A stretch of DNA of 64,000 nt from Candidatus Methanomethylicia archaeon (lineage in GTDB: Archaea; Thermoproteota; Methanomethylicia; CALHIW01), in NCBI GenBank assembly GCA_038845975.1, contig JAWBQF010000001.1, positions 1-64,000 of the forward strand. Direction: 5' to 3'. Shown here piece after piece: positions 31,266 to 40,565 of this stretch (position 1 is the stretch's first letter; each line of letters begins with the position of its first letter). The position numbers and the translations under genes are program-made. A model generated the notes under the pieces. It was not told where the DNA came from. It ran no database searches and saw nothing but the letters and a program-made list of their open reading frames with translations.

Positions 31266-31862
31266 ATGTGGTGTCTCTTATTGGTATCAAAGGATAAGAA
31301 GCTTATAGCTGTTCCTGGAGATCTTCTTGAGAAGATATATGCTGTATCTGCAAAAGAGGGTAAAACCCCCTTCCTATATATAAATGAAATATTTGAGCAG
31401 GCTTTAAGAGCTCATGATATGGGTAAGTCTCTACGTCAAGTAATAGATGCATACATAATGATTGAAACAGTAAAGAATGCTGGCTCAACAATTATATCTT
31501 CAGAAAGTCTTCACGCAATAATTCAAAAAATATATGAAAACAGTACTGATGAATTAAAGAAGAAGTGGCTTGAAACTGGTGGATGGTATGGGAAGTACAT
31601 ACTAGCAAAATTTGGAGAATTAAAAAACCCAGAGGAGTTAAAGAATCTTCTTGAAGCATATCTTTGGGATATGAATGAAATCCATTTAGTAAGGCTTGAT
31701 GGTAAATTATTGCTGAGATGTATATCCCCTCACCAGCCAATAGAGCTTACAGAATTGTCAGCAAGCTTTCTTGAAGGAGTTATGTCAGCATTAGGATATA
31801 AATGTATACGGAAAGATATTGTTAAAGGAGTTATTCTTATGGAGTTTAAATCTATAGAATAG
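31266..31862 (+). CDS. Putative regulator: N-terminal ribbon-helix-helix plus V4R-like domain; likely start TTG 31281
   Basis: KKLIAVPGDLLEKI...SAKEGKT...INEIFEQAL; W.E.G.W.GK and FLEG.M.ALGY motifs. Confidence 0.6.
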   Translation: MWCLLLVSKDKKLIAVPGDLLEKIYAVSAKEGKTPFLYINEIFEQALRAHDMGKSLRQVIDAYIMIETVKNAGSTIISSESLHAIIQKIYENSTDELKKKWLETGGWYGKYILAKFGELKNPEELKNLLEAYLWDMNEIHLVRLDGKLLLRCISPHQPIELTELSASFLEGVMSALGYKCIRKDIVKGVILMEFKSIE

Positions 31863-31947
31863 CAAACGTAAACATTAATATATTTATTGATGTAAACTGT
31901 GGTAAAACTTATATCGTTTTAATCTATAACTTTAGAGGCTGATTGAC

Positions 31948-32514
31948 TTGAGCCGTAAATTTTTAGCAGCTAGAAAAGATATTGCTGATGAGTTTATTAA
32001 TCTTGCCAGAAAGAAGGGAATGACTGTAACAAAACTTCTTAATGAAACGTTAAGAAATACCATAGCTCTTGAAAAAAACGGCTTAACCCTAAATAAAGCT
32101 GTAGACGAATATCTAATAATAAAAACAGCTCAAGAATCAGGATTCATACTAGTTCCAGCTGAACTTGTATACAGTCTACTTGATAAAGCAACTCCAAAAG
32201 CTATAGAAGAGATAATGGATAATTGGAGAAATATTGGTAAATGGTGTGGGAAATGTTTCTCAACAAGATTTACAAACAATCCACATGACTTACTAAAGAT
32301 TTACATAGCAAACATTATATGGGGTTTAAGCGACTTTATAGTTGAAGGTAATGGTGAATCAATAAGTATAAGATGTATAGGCTCATCCCTAAATGAAAAA
32401 TATACACGTGGAATAGCTAACTTCATAGAGGGCTTCATGGAATCACTAGACTATAAATGTATACGGAAAGATATTGTTAAGGGAATAATATCTCTAAAAC
32501 TAAGAAGAACATAA
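31948..32514 (+). CDS. Paralog of the preceding RHH/V4R-like regulator
   Basis: RKFLAARKDIADEFINLARKKGMT..KLLNETL; W..IGKW.GK; FIEG.M.SLDYKCIRKDIVKG. Confidence 0.6.
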   Translation: MSRKFLAARKDIADEFINLARKKGMTVTKLLNETLRNTIALEKNGLTLNKAVDEYLIIKTAQESGFILVPAELVYSLLDKATPKAIEEIMDNWRNIGKWCGKCFSTRFTNNPHDLLKIYIANIIWGLSDFIVEGNGESISIRCIGSSLNEKYTRGIANFIEGFMESLDYKCIRKDIVKGIISLKLRRT

Positions 32515-33156
32515 CATTAATAAACCTTAATAAAGTCTACAAACCCTATCAACTAATATTTCATATTGAAGCATCAGCTGAATTCTAATTTAAGCATCAT
32601 CACGACTTGATTGGAAACTTTCCTACTAAACTCTAGGTGTTAAAGTGAATACTAATACTGAATTAATGCTATTATTAGAAACTTATACATCACTAAAATT
32701 GTTTATAATCAATTAAAGCCATATAAGGTCAACATTCATTATTGGTAGAGCTGAATGGTTAAGTGGAGAACTTTAGGAACTTAATTTACACATCAATATA
32801 ATGCCTTTAGTCCTAGAAGTAGTTAGAATCAATCTTTCCATCATTCAAATAGAGGACAGAATCCTCTTAACACCATATAATAAACATAGAATAAACAAGA
32901 TTTAAAATAGGTAAACATCCAATACCAAGATTATTCTACAAAAATATTCATACTTTAACACTCAACTTGAGAAGATGAGTTTAAGTTGCTGCATTCTAAG
33001 CTCCATCAATCATTCCTGATTTCGTTTATTAAGTATTTATTACGATGTAGTGCTCAGCTAAGAATGTAAAGCTTAACCTAGTATTGGACATATCCTTTAT
33101 ACCTCTAATTTACGATATTAAGGTCTATCACTTCAATATAGCTTAGCTAGTCAGGA

Positions 33157-33206
33157 GTAATCAACTGTAATCAACTGTAATCTAGCTCTCAGCAAACCTA
33201 TATATA
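33157..33206 (+). promoter_or_regulatory. 2.6 x 10-bp tandem repeat followed by BRE/TATA of the surface protein gene
   Basis: gtaatcaact-gtaatcaact-gtaatc (33157-33182); gcaaacc-tatatata (TATA 33199-33206). Confidence 0.6.
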
Positions 33207-33247
33207 TCCCACATTAAAGACTAATTTGGGAAACTCTGGTGTAAAAT

Positions 33248-36200
33248 ATGAGGAAGACAATATTAGCTTTAATACTAGTCCTAACAATAGTGTTTAGTGG
33301 ACTATTTATAGTCCCAGTAACATTAACTGCAGAAACATACGATGTAAAAATGAAACTAATAAGGGTAAGAGATGGAAGCGTTTGGGATTGTGGTGAACTC
33401 ATTATAGAGAAATATGAATCTGTAAGAATCAACATTACTGCTCCATCAATAAATACAAGATATGGAAAGCCAGTATATAGATACAACTACTCTATAACAG
33501 TACTGGACCCAGAAGGACATATATTTAAAGACTGGTTTAATCTAGCACCAGGAAAGTACACGATCTTTACATATCCAGGTGGATTTACAGGTGCTACTAC
33601 AAAGTATGAAGGTACATATACTATTCTAATTCATGAATACTACTTTGATGAATATGGTAACCCATGTATAACTCTTAGAGGTGAATGCACATTCATAGTA
33701 GAGCTGGAATTAAATGTTGAAGTAGAAGTTTACAATACAACAATGGAAGTATCAGAGAAGGATGTTTGGAGATGTGATACTATAGTAAGAGTTGAAGCTA
33801 TAATTACCCGTGCAGCAACAGGAGATGCTCCTAAGACTCCTGCAACTGTATATCTTACAGTTCACGACTCTACTGGTGTACCACTAGGATCATGGAGTAT
33901 GATGCAGATAGGTCCTACTAGATGGAGAGCCACAATTAATATGAGAATAAACTCTACAAATCCTACTGGAGACTGGGTTTTCGTAGTTGAAGCTACAGAT
34001 GCTGATGGATACCATGGTAGAGGATCAACATACATAACAGTTGTAGAGAAAAAAGATCAAGAACCAGACTGGGTTAAAGTCTATAAGCAGTGTGGTGGAG
34101 AAGAACCAACATTCCTAAGTGAAGGGAAAGGTATTCCTAGATGTGTAACCCTACTAATAACTACCAAGCTGACTGAATGTGATGGTAAAATAGTTACTGG
34201 AAAGAATGGAACTGCAACAGCAATAATACAGAGAAAGGTAAAAACAACAGTAACAGTATGTGATGAATGGGAATGGGTTTGGGATCCTGAAGCTGGAGAA
34301 TACGTTAAAGAGTGTAAGAAATCTCATGAAGAAACAAGATATACATGGGTTGAAGTAGCATCAGTCCCTATGAGCTATGACTATGATGATGAACGCTGGG
34401 AGGCATTATGGGATGTTCCATTAGACTTCCCAGTAGGAGATATGAGAATTAACATAACAGCTTCAGATACTGCTGTTAAACCAAATACATGGAGGTCTAG
34501 AGCTTACGAGTATAAGGTTACTAAAGCCAATGTTGATGTTAATGTATCCTTCGATAAGGATGTTGATGAAGAAGCTTATGAAAGATGTGAAACAATAACT
34601 ATTACAGTTAAGGCTAGATACGACTGCTGCAATAAGCCATTTACAGGTACAGGTACAAACGTAACAGCAGTACTATCATATAAAGGTACACTCATAAGTA
34701 AGGTGTATTTAAGCGATACAGGTATATCTGATGCGGAAGGATATGAGGTATGGAAGGGAACTTATAAGATAAAGCTTTCAGATCCAGCATTTAAGGACGC
34801 CTTAGATGATGAAGCATTACAGTGGGATATAATAGTTAGAGCATTTGATTCAGCAGATCCTGTAAATGAGGGGTATGTTTACGATAAGATTCCAGTAGAA
34901 CCTGCAACAATAGATGTTAAAGCATCTATATGGTCTACAATGTCCTACGTTAAGGATGATACTGAGGAATGCAGAGCATTCATATACATGTGTATAAGCG
35001 GAACACTATGTGGTGAACCGTTAAATGACACATACTGGGAGGATGATACAAAGATTGGTGAAACAAGAGTTGAAATAACTCTATATCATGAAGGTAAACC
35101 ATTCCTAACCATAACCAATAAAGAAGAGCCACCAGCTCAATATAGAGATATAGTTAGTAAAATACTGTGGAGTGAAGATACTAAGACATGGTGCTTTAAT
35201 GCATGCATATCATGTCTTGGCTATGAATATCCAGGTGTATGGAATGCTACAGTAAAAGTTAAAACAATATTCTACAAGGTCACAAGCGATCCTAATGAAG
35301 GATCTAGAAAGGTAGGAACTCCAGTAGCAATACTTGGACTTAAGAGCTGGAATGAAGAATTTGTATATGAAGGTATTGAGTATCCAGTACAGTATCGTAG
35401 TAGTATTGTATGGCTAAACCTAGACTGTCCAATACGTCCATATACTTATTGTGGTGATAAGAGATATGTTCCTTCAGGCTACCTATACTTCGGAGTTAAC
35501 CAAACCACTCCACTCTACTTCAACGTTACATTAATAGATGGTACGTTAAAGGCTGAATCCGTTACTGCTGAAATATGGAAGTATGTAGATGGTACTCCTA
35601 CAGTTGTTGTTCCATCAATTACCTTACAGAAGGTCGATATGATAAAGGATGAGAAGAATCTATATCCATCAGGTACCGATAAGTATATGGGTTCAGTAAC
35701 ACCATGCTTATCTCCAGGAACATACTATGTGAAGGTTAAGGTTACATATCCAGGTACTTATGTTTCAGATCCTGTTGAATGCTGTCTCGTCTGTCCAGGA
35801 TGCCCAGTTAGAGAAGTATGCTGCCCAGCTATACCATCCCTACCTGAAGTTCCAAGTAATGTTGTTGAGGGACATCTAGGAAGGGTAAAGATTGCTCCAA
35901 TAATAAGTGCTACCAACTCAAAGATATCTACTGCAGCTGAGTATAATCCAGGTGATGTAATCGCCTTTGAGGGAGTAATTAAGGATGTATGTGCAGGACT
36001 TAAGGATGCTACAGTATCTATAAAGGTTAAGGATCCTGATGGAGTAATCATATTCACTGATGAAATAACTACAACAACTGGAGGTGCATTACCATGGTTT
36101 GGATTTACACTACCAGCAAATGCAAAGCTAGGAAAATACACATGGGAGGCTGAAGTATCCTATGCTAAGAATTACGCCTACTACGAGGCAAGAACTCCAT

Positions 36201-36763
36201 TTACTGTAAGCAAGTTCGGTGTTGAAAAAGTTAAACTTAGTGGAAGCTTTAATGTTGTAGCACTGCTTAAACCGAAGGTTTACTTAACACTTCCATCATG
36301 GGTATATAGTGACTCTGTTGTAAAGATAACTGCAGACGTATATAATGAAGCAACAGGAGCTAAGGTTAAGGGTGTGGTTTCAGGTGAAGTTGTAAGACCT
36401 GACGGAGTTAAGGAGACATTAACATTTACAGAGACAGCTCCAGGAGCATACTCTGCAACATATAAAGCACCAAGCATTGCAGGAACATATACGGTAGCCG
36501 TTAAAGCAACTGTAGATGGAAAAGTTGCCGAGGCAACAGGTAGCTTCTACGTAGAAATTAGACCAACAACTCCTCCAGTAACAACTCCTCCAGTAACAAC
36601 TCCTCCACCAGTAACAACAACAGTAGTGACAACAGTAACCCAACCACCAGTAACAACAACAATAGTTGCTCCAGTTGATTTAACACCAATCTACATATTG
36701 TTAATAATAGCAATAATAATAAGCTTAGCAGCATTAGCAATAATACTAAGAAAGGTTAAATAA
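33248..36763 (+). CDS. Large Cys-rich membrane-anchored surface glycoprotein (S-layer/adhesin-like, tandem Ig-like domains)
   Basis: Signal peptide, beta-rich ~110-150 aa units, 28 Cys, 12 N-x-S/T sequons, Pro/Thr linker, C-terminal TM helix plus RKVK. Confidence 0.85.
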   Translation: MRKTILALILVLTIVFSGLFIVPVTLTAETYDVKMKLIRVRDGSVWDCGELIIEKYESVRINITAPSINTRYGKPVYRYNYSITVLDPEGHIFKDWFNLAPGKYTIFTYPGGFTGATTKYEGTYTILIHEYYFDEYGNPCITLRGECTFIVELELNVEVEVYNTTMEVSEKDVWRCDTIVRVEAIITRAATGDAPKTPATVYLTVHDSTGVPLGSWSMMQIGPTRWRATINMRINSTNPTGDWVFVVEATDADGYHGRGSTYITVVEKKDQEPDWVKVYKQCGGEEPTFLSEGKGIPRCVTLLITTKLTECDGKIVTGKNGTATAIIQRKVKTTVTVCDEWEWVWDPEAGEYVKECKKSHEETRYTWVEVASVPMSYDYDDERWEALWDVPLDFPVGDMRINITASDTAVKPNTWRSRAYEYKVTKANVDVNVSFDKDVDEEAYERCETITITVKARYDCCNKPFTGTGTNVTAVLSYKGTLISKVYLSDTGISDAEGYEVWKGTYKIKLSDPAFKDALDDEALQWDIIVRAFDSADPVNEGYVYDKIPVEPATIDVKASIWSTMSYVKDDTEECRAFIYMCISGTLCGEPLNDTYWEDDTKIGETRVEITLYHEGKPFLTITNKEEPPAQYRDIVSKILWSEDTKTWCFNACISCLGYEYPGVWNATVKVKTIFYKVTSDPNEGSRKVGTPVAILGLKSWNEEFVYEGIEYPVQYRSSIVWLNLDCPIRPYTYCGDKRYVPSGYLYFGVNQTTPLYFNVTLIDGTLKAESVTAEIWKYVDGTPTVVVPSITLQKVDMIKDEKNLYPSGTDKYMGSVTPCLSPGTYYVKVKVTYPGTYVSDPVECCLVCPGCPVREVCCPAIPSLPEVPSNVVEGHLGRVKIAPIISATNSKISTAAEYNPGDVIAFEGVIKDVCAGLKDATVSIKVKDPDGVIIFTDEITTTTGGALPWFGFTLPANAKLGKYTWEAEVSYAKNYAYYEARTPFTVSKFGVEKVKLSGSFNVVALLKPKVYLTLPSWVYSDSVVKITADVYNEATGAKVKGVVSGEVVRPDGVKETLTFTETAPGAYSATYKAPSIAGTYTVAVKATVDGKVAEATGSFYVEIRPTTPPVTTPPVTTPPPVTTTVVTTVTQPPVTTTIVAPVDLTPIYILLIIAIIISLAALAIILRKVK
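36565..36660 (+). repeat. 15-bp coding repeats forming the Pro/Thr linker
   Basis: acaactcctccagta units encoding TTPPV x3, then TTTVV-like units. Confidence 0.85.
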
Positions 36764-36779
36764 ATACTAAATACAAATA

Positions 36780-36791
36780 TTTTTTATTTTT
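36780..36791 (+). terminator. Oligo-T archaeal terminator after the surface protein gene
   Basis: ttttttattttt starting 17 nt after the stop codon. Confidence 0.6.
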
Positions 36792-36799
36792 CATTCTTA

Positions 36800-37725
36800 C
36801 TCAGGTATTGTTGATGTTTATTTCTATTATTAGATTATTCTTGCCTCTCTTTGAAGTTTGAATGGATTTATGTATGTTTTATGTTTTGCTTTGATATTCC
36901 TATGGTATGATGAGGATTTATCAGTATAAACATTTAACCTGTTTTACCTACTCTTTAAGAACTTAACTATGGCGTTCTCTTCTACATTTTGATGTTATGT
37001 AATTTTATAATCCATTATACTCAACAATTATGATTATGAATAATCCTCTATTTATACACCTTCTACTACGTATACTCTCAGTTTCTCTTCCAGGATTTCC
37101 ACCTATAAATTTAATCTTGGCATTACTACTTCTACTCTTCAATTTAGCCTTAATGCAGGTTTCATTAACCCTCATTGAACCTACAATTATATGTTTTAAT
37201 CTAACCCTATAGAAAGCATCCATAATTCTTCTAGCTACTCAATACATGATACCCGTAACTCCTACTTAATAACTCCTTATAGACAATAAGTATTGATGTA
37301 TGTAAACATTTTAATAGATATATTAAGTAGAACTAATTCTTAAGAAGAATTCTTAGATATGGGAAAATGGTCTTAGTCTTATCGTTAAACATCTTAAAGC
37401 AATTCTTACAGCAATACCTACAATATTACTCTCCATGTAATTCCACTTAATAACATCATATGAGCTACAATAAAACATCTAACATCATTAATCACTAACC
37501 ATGCTTTGTGGCTTAATTCTGAAATTTGCAAATTCAAGTTTACATAAAGTACGAAAAAGCTTAATAAGCATTCCTATAACCATAGTATTTAATGATATAG
37601 ATTACGAGAAATGAATATTAAGCCACAAAGCTCTAACCAACCTAAATAGTATAAACTCCACTTAGAAAGAAGATAAAGAAAATCACATAAACTAAGATAG
37701 GAAAAAACATTAACAAATACCTGAG
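36800..37725 (-). mobile_element. Degraded IS1595-family element
   Basis: Imperfect TIR ctcaggtattgttgatgttt / aaacattaacaaatacctgag; fragments RYCCKNCFKMFNDKTKTIF (Zn ribbon) and GSMRVNETCIKAKLKSR (decayed E.DET motif). Confidence 0.7.
37503..37632. mobile_element. ~130-bp MITE nested in the IS1595 relic
   Basis: 15-bp TIR gctttgtggcttaat/attaagccacaaagc; flanks ctaaccat/ctaaccaa; homologous to 5942-6069. Confidence 0.85.
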
Positions 37726-37809
37726 GAAAGACAGTATTTTAATAATGTGTTAGGTTGAGATGTGGTTTACTTAATGAAAATTTATAAGCTTGTTTTCTAC
37801 TTTCACTTT

Positions 37810-38268
37810 ATGTCGTCTCTTGCACCGTTTGTCCCAACCCCTCCTGATGTTATTTATAGAATGCTTAAGTTAGCTAATGTTGGTCCTGATGATGTTGTTT
37901 ATGATTTAGGATGTGGTGATGGACGTATATTAATAGCTGCTGTTGAGGGGTTTAAAGCTAAAATGGCTGTTGGTATTGAAATTAGGGACGATCTTGTTAA
38001 GAAAGCTCTTATTGAGGTTTCAAATAAAGGTCTTGAAGGAAGAATTAAAATAATAAATAATGACATATTTAATGTAGATATTAGCGAAGCAACTGTTGTT
38101 ACACTATATTTAACCTATAGTGGTAATGCTAGACTTAAACCTAAGCTTGAAAGAGAGTTAAGAAATGGTGTAAGGGTAGTATCTTACACATTTGAAATTC
38201 CAGGATGGAATCCTAGGAAAATCGATAAGTATAGTGGTTGGCAAACCATATATCTATACCAGCTATAA
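37810..38268 (+). CDS. Protein-lysine methyltransferase, crenarchaeal aKMT-like
   Basis: PFVPTP..V..RML.LA.V..DD.VYDLGCGDGRI, VDISEATVVT.YL....N..LKPKLE.EL..G.RVVS..FEI.GW.P. Confidence 0.85.
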   Translation: MSSLAPFVPTPPDVIYRMLKLANVGPDDVVYDLGCGDGRILIAAVEGFKAKMAVGIEIRDDLVKKALIEVSNKGLEGRIKIINNDIFNVDISEATVVTLYLTYSGNARLKPKLERELRNGVRVVSYTFEIPGWNPRKIDKYSGWQTIYLYQL

Positions 38269-38298
38269 GTAACTTCACTTTTAATTTTCAAATAGTAT

Positions 38299-38960
38299 GG
38301 CTTTATTAACTTAAGCATGTATCTTTTCATTAATCCATGTTTGTTTAGTAGATATACTATTGACTTAATAAGCATTAATACATGTTCATTATCGCATTTA
38401 TCCTCATGCATTATGCATAATTATTGAAATATACTGTAATTATTTTCCCATTAGATCTCTAACCTCTAAACTATACTTCATGTTTAGATTTGATATTCTA
38501 CATGATGCTTTATAGTATTGAGCTCAATCACTTAGTACAATTATATTAGCCGTAGATAGCTCTAATCCTTTAATGTTAGTGGTAAAGTATATTTACAACA
38601 TTGCAAAATCCATACGTATAGAATTCTCCTCAACAATGGTTCGAATACAACATACATAACCCTATTCTTATACTACATTTATAATAGCATCATCAACTAT
38701 AGCAATCCTAACATCTTCTCTATCGAATTCAAATAGGAAGCTTAAAGAATTAAACCAGGACAAAAATAGATACATAACTCTTAGTACAATAAACTTAGAA
38801 TATCCGAAACCATTCTAGAAGAACATGAACGAAAACATATATAAGCACCATAAACAACTAGAGTAAATGGAGTTTCCTCCCTAATAAACCTAATAACTTT
38901 AGACATAGATTCATCATAAATAAGGAAGAAAATTTCAAAAAAGCTAAAGTTAATAAAGTC
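38299..38960 (-). mobile_element. Second, more decayed copy of the 18648-19377 IS6 element
   Basis: TIR ggctttattaactt/aagttaataaagtc; 8-bp TSD aatagtat (38291-38298, 38961-38968); colinear with the first copy, with deletions. Confidence 0.9.
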
Positions 38961-38988
38961 AATAGTATTAGTAAAAAAGTTAAAAAGG

Positions 38989-39339
38989 GTGTGTGGTACT
39001 GCCTATTGGGGTTTAAAATTGAGTGACTGGATCCAAACTAGTAGGGAGGTTTTAAAAAGGCTTAAAGAACTTCAAGAAATACCTAGTGCTGATAGACTTG
39101 ACCTTCTTAAATCCATGAACTATTCTCTCAGAGCTATTGAAAGAAGCATTATTGGATGGCTTGAATGGATTAATAATCCAAATCTTATGGCTAGCTTTTC
39201 ACTTGAGGAAATAAAGGAAATGCATAAAACAATACTTGACTTTGCAATAAAGTTTCTAGAATATGATATTCAAGTTACTAAGATGGGTGAAGAAATAACT
39301 GCAAGAAAGGAGGGTAGGAGAGGATACACGTATGTTTAA
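38989..39339 (+). CDS. DUF2153 family protein; likely start TTG 39019
   Basis: DRLDL...M...L.AI.RS..GW..WI.NP..M..F..EE..EM. Confidence 0.8.
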   Translation: MCGTAYWGLKLSDWIQTSREVLKRLKELQEIPSADRLDLLKSMNYSLRAIERSIIGWLEWINNPNLMASFSLEEIKEMHKTILDFAIKFLEYDIQVTKMGEEITARKEGRRGYTYV

Positions 39340-39347
39340 GTGTTAAC

Positions 39348-39653
39348 ATGGATGCTTTAAATGTTATACTGCTCCAACTTGGAATTGGAGGTATTGGAGG
39401 CTTTCTCGTAGGATACGCTGTTAAAAAAGTAGCTAAAATACTAGCTGTAATCTTAGGACTTGGATTCCTATCCCTCCTCTACCTATCATATAAAGGTATT
39501 ATCCAGATAAGCTATGATAGGCTTCTAGGTGAAGTTGAAAGTGGACTAAAATTTATTGGTATTGGGCAATCAGTAATTTCAAGTATAATTGCAAATATTC
39601 CATTTGCTGCAAGCTTCATTACTGGATTCATTTTAGGCTTAAAGAAGGGTTAA
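39348..39653 (+). CDS. FUN14 family membrane protein
   Basis: LGIGGIGGFLVGYAVKK..K, L.YL...GII.I.Y, F..GF.LG.K.G. Confidence 0.85.
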   Translation: MDALNVILLQLGIGGIGGFLVGYAVKKVAKILAVILGLGFLSLLYLSYKGIIQISYDRLLGEVESGLKFIGIGQSVISSIIANIPFAASFITGFILGLKKG

Positions 39654-40223
39654 CAACTCCAACACGAATTCCTATGAAGTTATGAATGTCTATTAAATGA
39701 ACTGTAGAAGTTAATTCTTCATCGTTAAACTCTACTCCTGTAGTTTATTATTATTTTACGTAACTCAATACAATGTTTAAATACTATCTTATTATTCCAT
39801 CTTCATCATCTGAATGAACTATACTTCACCATACCAGATTCTTGAATAATCCTATAGGTATTCTTTAATTCATAAATATAAAATATTTAGATAAGTAAGT
39901 CGTAAAGCTTAAAGTAAATATTAGAAATATATGGATTAAGCTAGAACATCAATTTTTAATAATTAATTTATTGGTAATAGTCCAATTTAGTTTGAGACCT
40001 GTAATACTTTATGTAATTTGCCAAGCTATAATATTATCCTAACATACTCTGATAATCATCAATTATAGGAATTAGGATGAAGCCAACTAAGCTTACTATT
40101 AATGTTACATATTAATTGAGTTTTTCCTATATTCTTGTTAACCCAACCATTAACTATTACTTCATACTTAAGTTTCCCATCATGTAGGTTAAGCTTTTAA
40201 AGCTATTAATATTAGTTTAATGG

Positions 40224-40565
40224 ATGATTAAAGATTCAGATATTGAAAAATTTGCAACAGTAATTTATTATCAAAACCTACCCGAAGCTGAAAGAATGCT
40301 ACTTAGACTTCAACAATACGTAAATGGTGAGTATGTTGAGGGAGTTTTTAATGCATTGAAGGGTATTTGTAGTGCTGTAAGATTTCAGGATAAATCCTCA
40401 GTAATAATGAAAATTTACGGTAATTACAACCCAAAAAAGATAGATAAATTGATAGCTAAGATCCAGATGAGTTTAAATAGGGAGTTTATATCAAGCTATG
40501 AGAAAGGATATTTTGAAGCTTGGCTACAGATACTGAAAACATTTAAGAAGCTGGTGGAGAAGTAG
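40224..40565 (+). CDS. Hypothetical protein coupled to rqcH
   Basis: 113-aa ORF; stop overlaps the GTG start of rqcH; YEKGYFEAW motif. Confidence 0.7.
   Translation: MIKDSDIEKFATVIYYQNLPEAERMLLRLQQYVNGEYVEGVFNALKGICSAVRFQDKSSVIMKIYGNYNPKKIDKLIAKIQMSLNREFISSYEKGYFEAWLQILKTFKKLVEK

Noticed and set aside
32550-32605. Minus-strand GTGATGA...CTGA resembling a C/D box sRNA
   Set aside because: Spacing does not fit, no clear C'/D' pair, and the guide is too AT-rich; cannot be supported
36565-36660. Short direct repeats resembling an array, and antisense CCYWWRS / LLLL ORFs
   Set aside because: Coding Pro/Thr linker without spacers, so not CRISPR; antisense ORFs are shadows
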